Positions 26,086 through 37,491 of a DNA stretch of 64,000 bases are shown in pieces (within the stretch, counting starts at the first letter, position 1; the number at the start of each line of letters is the position of its first letter). The translations under genes and the position numbers were made by a program. The stretch lies in the NCBI GenBank assembly GCA_011109175.1, contig RDEW01000006.1:781232-845231 (forward strand), in the 5' to 3' direction. The DNA comes from Dicyema japonicum. Its lineage: Eukaryota; Animalia; Dicyemida. The notes below the pieces were generated by a model. The model worked only from the letters and a program-made list of their open reading frames with translations, had not been told where the DNA came from and ran no database searches.

Positions 26086-26799
26086 CTATATAACCGTTTA
26101 CTCTCTTTTCTTTCCTTAATAAAAAGATTTAATAATCAGACTATTTAATTATCGATTTATATAATTAAAATTAATATAAACAACTAATAAAACCATAAAT
26201 AGCCAGTTGGCTGAACGGTCAATTGGCAAAACGCCGAGTAATCACATCCATAAAAGGAAAAGGATCCCATAAAAGGAAAAGGGATATTTTTATTATCGAG
26301 AAATAATTTTTATAAAGAATAAAGATTTGTAAATAACTTTGATTTTTTTCTAATTTAATGTTCACGAATGGAAAACATTGTTAAGTTTAAATTTTTCCTT
26401 ATATAAGCACGTGGATTTACATTCATAAATCTGTACCCGTTATTTAACTATCAACAAATTTCAAGCATAAAACTTCCAAAATTTAAATCCTTTTTATGGA
26501 AAACAATTTATTGTCATAAAGTCTTTCTGGCTAAATGTAAAGTCTAGTGACATAGGATCTGAAGCTCGTGCGTTCGAATCCGAAAGATAAAGTTTTCAGC
26601 GAAGGTCAATTCTTTTCAAACAGATCCCACCCATGAGGCGACGAGTCCTTCTGGCACGAGTGGAAGCCTGTAATGAAGTATTGCAAGATGAATTTGGTCG
26701 ACACAAACAGATGTTCCCTTTTGGTTCCTTCCTTGAATTAGTTAGTTATGACTGTTTGTGCTGGGCTTACCATTGTAAGGCTGGGGTTATAATAATAAC

Positions 26800-27480
26800 A
26801 TAAAGTTTTTATGACAGGTCTCCATTATGGCTTGCAGGTATTGAGCAGGCAATGGAAGTTATTTCTCATGATCGCGAGCCCAATGTTCTGGAAAACCTAT
26901 CGCGTTATTCTAGGTTCACCCTTCCGATTCCCCTCAAGCCGTTCGATTAACCTGATAAAATCAGACGTTCTCGGGTCCTACGCCAGATGTCTCAACAGAA
27001 ATCGTCTGGAAAGCGAACCGGTCCACAATGCCGTACTATTTCCTCCTTTTCATATAATCACCAGTGCTCGCAGCGGAACCCGCGTGCAACAATGACTTAA
27101 TCAAAATACCATTAGAGAAAGTTTCCGTCTATGTTGAATCTCAACCAAGATACCTTCCTCAGCTCCATGGCGCGGTTGTTACGCAATCCTTTTTATTATA
27201 CTCTCATGTTAATAAAGTTTTAATACGTTCGGGGGATAGAATGACAATATTGGAACTTTTTGAATACTGTAACCATGTGGTCTCGCACCTTTATACCAGT
27301 ACTCCTCATCTAGCCCTCATTGTTTATAACTATTATCTTAAGCTCACTCACAGATATAGAAGTACTAAATCTGCTACTACAGAGCTCCTCCAAGTATGGC
27401 CAATAATTCCATGGTATTCGGCATAGCCTGCTACATACCTGTGGACTACCTGCCTCGTCCATCTTTTTTTTCAGTTACCA
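26800..27480 (-). mobile_element. Decayed RLE (CRE-like) retrotransposon 3' fragment; partly duplicated at 23560-23800
   Basis: C-terminal DFIRLIERLEG...IGLAIMRNN motif; ~230 bp shared with 23560-23800. Confidence 0.5.
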
Positions 27481-28319
27481 CAACAAACAATTTCCAACAA
27501 TTTAATAATCAGACTAATTTATTATCGATTTATTTAATTAAAATTAATATAAACAACTAACAAATCCATAAATAGCCAGTTGGCTGGGTGGTCAATTGGC
27601 AGGGTGACATGTTATCCATAAAAGGAAAAGGATCCCATAAAAGGAAAGGGGATAATATTTATCATTATTACCCAACATTGACTTGGCAAAAATATCTTTG
27701 AGCTTATTTAAAGGAACATTTACAGAGACACATTTAGTGCCTTAATTATTAGTGGCACATTTTCATATTCATTTGTTGAATTTGAATGATCAAGTAGAAA
27801 TGGAGGATTAAGGCATAATAAATAAACAAAAAGTCTTCGAGGCGGTCCTGACTGCGAGGCAATTCTCTTTCAGGATGGCGAGCGAGGTTCACTCAAATAG
27901 CCAGCAGCGCTCACGGGGATCTTCTGTTGGTGCAGAAATCCGATTCCCTAGATGACTTAATTCATATTAAATGTAAAAAATCTTAGTTATAAAATTTTTT
28001 AAAATAGTTTTATCCAATTATCCGCCGTTATGGGAACCTCTTACTCGTCTCATGAGTTAAGTGGAGCTACTGACGTCATTGGGAATTGAAGTAAGCAAAG
28101 AGAAGAAATCATTCGAATAAGTAGTAAATCGATCCAAAAGCTAAAGTGACATAAACGACAGTACTTACTACTATCTATACTTTGTCCATGAATATACATG
28201 TGATTTGTAACATGAACCGTTTAGGTAGTCTTAAAGACTGATTATTTTGATTTCTATTTGATCTCTTCTATCGTGTCTAGAAAATATCGGAAACCTATAA
28301 ATATAAAGTATTAACTCGC

Positions 28320-29225
28320 TAAATAAAATGATCCCAGCCTCCAACATCTCTCGAATTCTCTTCGAATGCTCCGTCAGTGAACCAGCGCGTTTCTGAAGTG
28401 TCTTCTTTTATTTCTGCAGAGGAATTCTATCGGAGTGCACTTTTTTTAATGCCGATCTGAATTCCTCAGCATGTTGTCCTCTCTCTGAATGGGTTTCCTA
28501 GCTCCTTGCACATATGTAGGAAGCCCTGGCCATTTCTCACCGCCGCCTCCTCTGAAAGTAGACTGGAGATGGATATGGTGTCTGATTGCATATGCCGCAT
28601 GATCTTCCGTCTGAGAAAGTTCATACGCTCAACCTTCGATGAGGGATTAGCGAATCTCCAATCAGAACAGGCATATTCAACCGTCGGCACAATGACTTGA
28701 AGATATAATTTGCTGATACAAGCAATAGGTGGGAGAGGCTTTTTTATGATGGCTTTTATGACGTTCCATTTTCGATGACCCTTGGTTAACACTTCCTCCA
28801 TGTGACTGGAGAACGTCATAAGAGAGTCGAATGTCACTTTTTTATAGCCTTTTCACGAGAGCCATAATATTTATAGCTCCGCATAGGCAGGACACACAAT
28901 TTATTTAAGTAAAGAACAGTTAATTTTAACTAATCGTAGAACCAAGGAATGATCTTCACTTCTTTTTATCTTTTTCTTGTGTGTGGGTCCTTTCTAGATA
29001 ATCCAGTTCCGCAGTGAGTATCCACTGATGACGACGTCACTCGTCAAGTCGAATGTCACTCCAAGGATTTTCTGGATTCGTGTATAAGGGAATCGTAATA
29101 TTTTCGAGGAATATCTCAAGTCCACTATTAAATCTTCTGTCCGTAGTAATTAGGGTGAATTGAGACTTGGATGCAGACACATACAGCAAATTCATGGATA
29201 GCCAGTCACACACCTGGTTGAGGTG
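28320..29225 (-). mobile_element. LINE RT remnant interrupted by SINE family 1 (28839-29046)
   Basis: QKILGVTFDSLMTFSSH is split by the SINE, with an exact 14-bp TSD agtcgaatgtcact at 28825-28838 and 29047-29060. Confidence 0.85.
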
Positions 29226-29239
29226 TATATTTTAGCGAT

Positions 29240-30680
29240 TGTTGGGATGTGATTCCCATTTCTATTAGAGTTATTGTATTCTTCATTTTATCGAACACAT
29301 ATATGTCCGGTTCTTATTTCTTCCTTCGTGTCTGTGGTACTGCTGATCCACTCGAATCTCTACAGACTCGTTTGCAACAATAGACTACACGGAGTGTGTC
29401 TTGAGTCTCTTAGTCTTCTTCATTTCACATTGACGAGACAGGTGCAGATGTATGCAGTTAACCACCTCATTTTGCCTTCACAGGTAATCGCTGTTCAACA
29501 TACGACCACACTTTGTTGCCAAATGGTCGACACAGAAAGTTACAAAGGTTGTAATTTTCTCCAGCACTGTTGAAGAACAAATTATGGTATTGTATAAGAC
29601 ACAACAATCCTCCGGATCTTGGAAATTGTTCCCACGTGATAATCACTGAGATTCCCATGACGTCGACGTTGATATCCAAATATTCGAAAAGGGTTCCATG
29701 CAATTTGCTCCATCCGTATTTGTTCGATTAAGATTTCTCATGGAGCTTTTTTAGTAAGTTGAGATGCATAAAAGCGGGTTCTTTATACCTTCGATTAAGG
29801 AATTCTACGATTGTAGCCAAATGTGTTTTCTTTGATTTAATGACCCGTAGAATCTCTGCTTTTTTCAAAAAATAACTCTATCAAATATTATCTTCAAAAC
29901 TTTGTTTTCCATAAACAGCTGGTGGTTTGTTTGCATAACTAGAAGATCCTGGGTTGTGGTTGTCAATAACCACTTTGGGGTATTTCGCAGTTAGTATCCT
30001 AATCAGAAGGTCCATTACAAGCACGAAGATCTGCGGTGACAGAGTCACCCTGCAGTATCCCTTTCGTTATCTTGATTTCCCCAATTTCTTTGTGATTAAA
30101 CTTCAACTTAATTTTCCATTTTGTGATCAAGTTTTTATGAAATCTACAATCCAGTAAAGGAGTTGTCGAGTAGCGATACAAAAGGTCATTTTTATGGCAA
30201 CTAAAATTTCGAAAATGGCACTTATGGCATCTATTAATGAATAATATAACTACCGGATCTGCTGGTTTATGCACTGGTTCATTATTGCCTGCTCTTTAGC
30301 CCCTTGACTTATTCTTCGTGTTCCCAATTGATTGTCACTGATAAGATATAGTCTGATAATTTTCTGTTCACACACTTCTTAACCAATTTGTATAAATTAG
30401 GCATAATTGGTCTTAAGTCCTTTGAGGTATGGCACACGTCTTTTAGGGATAAGATAGGTGATTCTAGTGTAGAATCACTCATCTGGAGTATAATTTCCGT
30501 GAATCAACTTGGAGATCTCTTCATAGAGGTGGTAATGAATTGATGTGAATTTTTTGAGGAAGAAGCTGTATACACCATCACATCCGATAGTTTCGGGTTC
30601 GGGACCTGTTTAATTTCTTCAAGGATACTTTCTTTGATATAGTCTGCAAATGTGTTTTCTGCTCCGGTCACTCGTCACTC
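29240..30680 (-). mobile_element. R4/NeSL-like RLE retrotransposon remnant
   Basis: GAKEQA, KGILQGDS and later RVDQQYHR motifs; homologous to 13000-15020. Confidence 0.7.
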
Positions 30681-31360
30681 TTCCTGCAGGTGAGAGGGTG
30701 TAAGGCAAAACAGTCTATCTGGTCTCCGCATCGGCACGGATGTGGAACACAACTTTTAATCACAGTCGTAATGAGATTCCAATACGGACGCATTCATCAG
30801 CAAGGAAGGTAGCCAAAAATCATTGGGAATGGCGTTGAGCCAGGCACCGCTCTCGGAAGACGCCCCAGACAACAAACTCGGAAGGCAGGGAAAGCTAATA
30901 AGTACGGCTCCTCACAAGCATGGCCGACGTCCTGGTCAATAGAGAATTCAGGGAGTGAGTGTAGAATCCTCTTGACATTTGAGTTACAGGCCATTAGCGA
31001 CGATAGATATGCAGAGAGATTAAGGGTTGCGAATTCCAAGCTCTTCGAGTTTCACTGGTAGCGTGGCTTGCTTCCATGAGTAATCCTCAAACCGGACGTT
31101 AAGATACGCTCCGCTGTCAAACGGAAGATCCCGTTAATTTGTGCGAGTTGGTCACACTTGGTGAAATAAGGAGTAATCCTCAGGACATATGCAAGCTTCT
31201 GTACGTTGAGACTGTTTTTCAGGAGGAATAATGCTGTATGAATGTCAAGTAGACACAAGCGGTTCAGAGTCTCTCCGAGTAACGGTCGTTTTTCACGTAT
31301 AGCTTTCCCCATTGCATTTATGGTGATTGGGGATCCAAGGAATATAAAGTCTTCATCGGA
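30680..31360 (-). mobile_element. CRE-like retrotransposon fragment (second copy, without the hAT)
   Basis: High similarity to 7890-8310 joined to 9510-9840. Confidence 0.8.
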
Positions 31361-31639
31361 TGTGGAAAATGAAAATGTTTAAAAACTATCATAACATTTA
31401 ATGTCTACCCCTATATTATTTTTTCTAGGCGAGTTGTCCCTCAGCCATTCAGTACTGTATCTGTGTCTGATAATAAAGAAACAGAATTACCAGCCAAAAT
31501 AACTGAACATTTTTCAGATGAATTTCAAGAAATTTGTTCTCTTTAGAAATTTAATTAGATCAATTTCTCGACCCCCTTTGCCCATCCCAACGTTCTCGGG
31601 AGCTCGGTAGACACATTGTATGCAACGTAGAAAAACAAT

Positions 31640-31870
31640 TAGGCAAATAACAAAAATACTAAGCGCTACACGATCGATTCACGTTCAACCCCAACGTTGT
31701 TGAGACAAGAGGAGGAATAAGCGAGAAATTTCTTCGTTTCCTAAAGAAACTTGAACGCCTAGCTACACTAAAAAGCCACGACGCACGTGAGACTCGATGG
31801 CTTCTCCAATTGATCTCAGTTGCGATCGCGAGTGGAAACTCAACGTCAAATATGTCGACGGGCACCACTT
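31640..31870 (+). mobile_element. CRE-like C-terminal fragment
   Basis: FTFNPNVVETRGG...FLKKL...ISVAIASGN motif. Confidence 0.55.
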
Positions 31871-32760
31871 TTGATTGATTTTTGTGTTTTAATAAATTAA
31901 TTCATTATTTAAAAAAATATTAGATTTTTAAATTTCGAAAATTATAAAAGAAAGATAAAAGAAAAGCAAATAAAAGTTTTCAAAAGTCATATCAAAATAG
32001 GTAAAAAAATTAGCGATACCGTAAAAAATCAGACGAAAAAAAAAGTTGATTAGACATTTAACTCACATTTTTATCCGTTATAAAAATTTTCTTAAACCCC
32101 TGTTGGACTACCACGTTCATCGGTCTGTTTGGACTTACAGGGACCGCCCGTATGGACCAATAAAGAGATGTGAAATGGCTTGAGATGAGGGACTTGTGAA
32201 GTGTCCAGGGCGTAGAATCAGGACTATTTGATAACTTTATAATATAACTCATGATTTCTTTTTAATAAAGTTGTTTCGGTTTATAAATTGGTTTAAAGTT
32301 ACTGTTTATTTCAGTTTTTTTTGCTTGAAAGTGGTTAATATGATCACTTTAGCAATTGTTACTGTATGGTTTAACTTTCTCTATATTTGTTTCTCTTTAA
32401 AGAGATTGTTAATGATTTCAAGTGATTGACTGGCCTCATCAACGGCCCGGGTTCTTATGACATACGACATTTATTGTCCAAGGATCCCCGGGTTAGAGAG
32501 GTTAAAAGAGAAGCCTTAGACCGAAAAGGGAAGGTTGAAACCAGGCATATTGAACCCCTCTTAATAACTCGAGACGGGCATCGGGTTTGCAGTCTTTTCG
32601 CATGGTGTTTGAGGTAATTGACAAAAGTGTCTTAAAGGAGGCTGTTCGATAGGTTGATCGCCCTAACAAATTTTCGTTGTCGTCAAAATAGAAGTGTTTC
32701 AAGAGCCATCATGTTTTACAAAAAGTTTATAATAATTTTGCATAAAAATAAAAGTTAATT

Positions 32761-33560
32761 CTATTCTCCTTCTGAATTTTGATCCTCATATATTTGGAGT
32801 TCTATCTCTTCCATTTTATCGTCATGCTTTTTCATAGTTTGGAGTTCTTCCTCTTTGTTGTACTCATGATTTTGTTCCTCTAATGTCTGAGGTTTTTCTT
32901 GTTCATTTTCCCTGAGTCTTTGCTCTTCCGAAGGCTCGAGTTCTTCTATTTGGTCTTCACTACCATTTTGTCCTTCCAGAAGCTCGAATTCTTTTACTTG
33001 TTCGTCACTGCTATGTCGTTCTTCCAGAAGCTCGAATTCTTCAACATGGTCTTCACTACCATTTTGTCCTTCCAGAAGCTCGAGTTCTTCTATTTGGTCT
33101 TCACTACCATTTTGTTCTTCCAGAAGCTCGAATTCTTTTACTTGTTCATCACTGCTATGTCGTTCTTCCAGTAGCTCGAGTTCTTCAACATGGTCTTCAC
33201 TACCATTTTGTTCTTCCAGTAGCTCGAGTTCTTCAACATGGTCTTCACTACCATTTTGTCCTTCCAGAAGCTCGAATTCTTTTACTTGTTCTTCACTGCT
33301 ATGTCGTTCTTCCAGTAGCTCGAGTTCTTCAACATGGTCTTCACTACCATTTTGTCCTTCCAGAAGCTCGAGTTCTTTCACTTGTTCTTCACTGCCATTT
33401 TGTTCCTTCAGAAGCTCGAATTCTTTTACTGTTCATCACTGCTATGCGTTTTCAGAGCTCGAGTACTTCACATGTCCACTACATGCTTCCAGACTCGAGT
33501 TCTTTCACTTGTTTCACTGCATTTTGTTCTTCCAAAGACTCGAGTACTTCACTTCTTTCA
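32761..33560 (-). repeat. 48-bp coding tandem repeat (16 aa, e.g. EELELLEEQNGSEDHV), at least 10 copies plus degenerate flanks
   Basis: agctcga(g/a)ttct recurs every 48 bp (e.g. 33077, 33125); the 206-aa ORF 32761-33381 is open. Confidence 0.9.
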
Positions 33561-33810
33561 TCGCTATTTTGTACTTTTAAGTTGGAAATTCTTTTCTTAT
33601 TTCTTTATCATGACTTAGTTCTCCTAAAATTTGAAGTTCCTTCAGTTTGTCATCTTCTTGATTTTCATCCCCCAAAGTTAGAACTTTATTATCTTTTTCT
33701 TCCTCGACTCTTTCGTCTTCCAAGCTTTCCTTTGTTGTCTTTTTCTTCCACATGACTTTGTTCTCCCAAAAACTGGCATGCCTTTTCTTCTTCCTCGTGT
33801 TTTTGTTCTT

Positions 33811-34858
33811 CTACGACCTGCCTTCATTCTCTTCCCTCTTGGATCTTTGCTCCTCTAAATCCTTCAGTTTTTTTTCTTCTTCCATGCGTTTCGTTCCTCC
33901 TAAAGTATGGAGCTTATTTAAACAGGAACTCGGGGATATTCCAAGTCTATCCAAAACCTAAGATAAACAAGCTCGGTGCAACTTTCAGCAATGCAAAATA
34001 GCACTTTCCAGTGATCAAGGCATCACTCCCAGCCTCATGTTGAGCTCCGATTCGTCTGACCTGGAATTACTAGGAAGCATACATTGAAGTAATCAGCCAG
34101 CATCTTTAGTCCTCCTCTGATCTTTAAGACTTCCATTCATGACTTCTTTGACGTCAAATATGTGAGGAAAATAGTATCTGAGATATTCGAAGAATTTGGT
34201 CTCCGTTTCCGGGAAATACCCGTCTTTGAGGAGTTTGAGGATGTATGCAAGATCGATGCCACTACTCTCAACGAAATCCCTAAACCATTGGAAACCAATA
34301 TAGATCTTTCTAGGGTCTAAGAGGACTCCAGACACGTGTAGTAGCGCTCCAAGGTAAGTATGTTCAATTCCGTAGTACTTGTGAAGCTCGAAATCCATTC
34401 CGTTGTCTTTCAGGAAATCAATAGAACTTTGCACGTGTAAGTTGTAACTAAGTTAAGGTTAACGCTTACGACAAGTCAAATTTCATGTTGAACTGCCACG
34501 TGTGGACTTTTGGCTGCTCTCCGTTGTCTCCAAAAAAGGATATGCCGATTTGTATTACTTCGAGATATTTTAGATCATTTCGGATATTCCCGAAAGCCAT
34601 ATCACCAATCGACTGATAGTGTATAGGGTCCATACTTCCAGGATATTCCGTGTCCTTCGTTTATTTACTCAACCTTACTATTGAAATGTGGTGGTAGAGA
34701 TTGGATATTCGTCTAAAGCGTACGAACTCTCTTTCCAGGTTAAAATTCCAAACATTTACTATTCCTGTCTCTTTTTCCTTCAAGTCCCCTAGTATCGAAA
34801 GGTATTGCTGATCAGGAAATCCGAGTACAGCAAAGATAGGATACATTCCACAATACAT
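33811..34858 (-). CDS. CAF1: CAF1/POP2 (CNOT7/8-like) DEDDh deadenylase; introns 34655-34678, 34448-34469, 34262-34285, 34061-34082, 33958-33982; frame break at ~34125
   Basis: NVWNFNLERE, I|DTEYPG, IQIGISF, TWQFNMKF, SIDFLKDNGMDF, GIDLAY, FPHIFDVK, RGGLK, RIGAQHEAGSDALIT; all D-E-D-H-D catalytic residues are present. Confidence 0.9.
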
Positions 34859-35046
34859 TGTAGTATAAAATTATTGAGAAACTATTACTTCTCTGTCGTA
34901 ATTATTTTATTCGATTTCCCCAAGAATTTGTTTTATTATTATATTTTTTAATAATTTTAATAATTAAATTTAAATCTATCATCCATTTTCCGTTTTATTA
35001 TTAGCAATATACATAGAACCGTAATACATCTCTTCAACTTTCAGAG

Positions 35047-35373
35047 CCACATGGCGCCATGTGGTGCTGCGTGGTTAATTGGTTGAAGTTTTCTGCTTGC
35101 TTGTCTGTTCCTCCTCTCTCTTCCTATTATAGTGGCGTCATGTGATCCACCTGTCTAGGTGGCGCCCAGTGCCAGGCCGGCACAAAAAGGATTATTTGCT
35201 CTTCCCCACTCCACTGGAGGGGTTTCCACAACTGCATGTAATGGACGTCTTACCTTTTGTGCTGATTCCGGATGGACTCTGTTTCTGTAGAAGTGGAAAC
35301 TGGATACACTTAATTAGTTGTTTACTTTAACTTCTTTCTCGGTGTATCCGGGGTTAATAAAATAAAAAAAAAA
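35047..35373 (+). mobile_element. Short A-tailed retroposon (family 2) with structured core
   Basis: A near-full second copy lies at 57800-58112 (-), a 5' fragment at 15540-15620 (-), and related variants at 41185-41427 (-) and 60625-60760 (+). Confidence 0.75.
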
Positions 35374-35379
35374 CAGATG

Positions 35380-36965
35380 ACAAAGAATCTTGGCGTGACA
35401 CTTGATATGCATTTCTGTCTGACACCACACGTAGAAGACATTCTTTTGAAATGCGAGAAAAAACTGAAAATATCAAAAAGTTTGTCGGGAATATGGAAGA
35501 GTGGTACTCATCCGGTTCTGATGAACTTGTAAAGGCAGTACATCGAGCCATGTTTATGCATGCGCCTTTTGGGGACCGTTCATATCTTAGATAAATATAA
35601 ATAAGATCGAGGATGTGTAAAAGAGGGTTTTAAGAGTAACGGAGCGTTGGATTTGTGGAGATCAACGAACCAGACCAACGCCTCTGGAGGCCTTAAAGAT
35701 TATGGGAATGCGGCTCCTTAAAATCAGTGTCTTGAACGATCATGCGCGGGCACGAGGGAAGAACATCGAGCAAAAATGAGGTCGCTGTTGGAATGCATCG
35801 GGATCACGTGATAATTATTTTAGATTCACCGTGGTCTTGGGTTGTTAAATAAATGAAATTAACTATCCGACTACTCTGAAAGAAATCCACAATCATATCT
35901 ATTTGAAGCCTAACCACCCTTCTGTTCCTTCATATCGTCCTATTTCCATTTTGTCCGCTGTCTCTATGGTTGCTGAACGAGTTCTAACATTTTTGGAAAT
36001 GACATTTGTTGCGTCAATTGACATCAACAAAGCTTTTGACCGGACATCCAAACACGTTCTGAGCAGTAAAATCCTTTCTGCAAATATCCCGTTTGAAATT
36101 ATGGTTCTTTACTTTCTTCTCTAGTCGTCTTGATCGTTCTTTTATTATGTCAACCCACTCTCATTATCGATATCTTCCAATGGCCTTCCTCAGGGTTCGG
36201 TACTATCTCCAACCTTGTTTAATCTTAATCTAGCAAGCTTACCAACAAAATAGAACACAGTTCTTTCTTATGTCGATGATATCATAATTTCCTCTTGCCA
36301 CCGCGACATGATCGTTGCTTCTATGGTCTTGCAATAACTTGGATAACCAAAATCTCTTCATCCCTTTTAACGAAAGTCATCAGTAACACTTTCACTACAG
36401 ACCGTCGTCAATTCAACTTGGATCAACATTATTTATGAACAACGCCCCCCTCTTGTATTTAAAAACCATAAAATACTTTATGTGTTTTTTGATACTTGTC
36501 GTTTTTAAAACATGACTCACATCAAGCCCAAAGTACTCTGGGCCGTGGCGGGTAAGTCATTTGGTAAGAGCAAAGAGAACTTGACAACTATTTACAGACA
36601 ATTTATCAGAACAACGATGAACTCTGCTGTTCCTGCCTGGTGTCCCTGTTTATCAATAACAAACGTCGAAAAAATATAAACGACTCAAAACTCTGCTCTA
36701 AGAATAATTACTGGCTGTTTTAAACCCACACCAACTGACCACCTACATTGGGACCATTTCAAGATGCTAAGTCTACAATTCCTTGACAAGTGTAAAATGC
36801 TGGGACATCCAGCTCACTGTTTTTGGTGTATCCACAAACAAAAGGAAAATTATTCCTATTCGGATTCTACAAACCATCCTAGAGACAGAGCCTTCTCAGT
36901 CACGACAGAAAACAATCCATGACTGGATATCCACTAAAGCAGGGTTTCCCAGAGGGGCGATGACC
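35380..36965 (+). mobile_element. Two adjacent LINE RT remnants (35380-35850 and 35860-36965)
   Basis: YRPISILS, DINKAFD, GLPQGSVLSPTLFN, YVDDI, ALRIITG motifs with stops. Confidence 0.75.
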
Positions 36966-37491
36966 TGAATAAGTTTGGGAACCCCTGCACTAGATCCATC
37001 ATAAGCTTTGGGATCAACAAGCTTTTGGAACGTATTCCACCTATTGTGGGAAAAGCGAAGCTTCCCTACGGCGTGGGAAGTTCGCGTCCCGTTGGCGTTG
37101 TGGTCATCACTTGAATTTACATTCATATCTGTACAAAATTAGACAATCGTCCTCTCCATTAAACATGTATTGTTTTCGTTAGGGTTCATATGGCATCCGA
37201 GACACAAAGTCATGTATAGTTTTGGTCTAAGTTTTTCTTTTGCCAGAGGTGAGATTTTCCTGAGTTTTTTTTGGAGATTAGTCAATGTGTCTGCGGTTAG
37301 TGGATTCAAGTAATGGAAAAGTCGGTTTTTTGGCCATCGATTGCCTGAGGATTTTTTCATAGTCAAGTCAGAAAATTTCGTTAAAGATTAAAATTATAAA
37401 TATTCTTATTTAGAATTTTTTTCCGTATTTGATTTTTTTGGAAATCTCTGAATTGAGAAATTATCATAAATATAAGTAGAATTTAGCATTT

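Noticed and set aside
32930-33560. Regularly spaced repeat as a CRISPR array
   Set aside because: The units are contiguous 48-bp coding tandem repeats with no unique spacers and no cas genes, in a eukaryotic context. The same applies to the 44-bp and 52-bp arrays.
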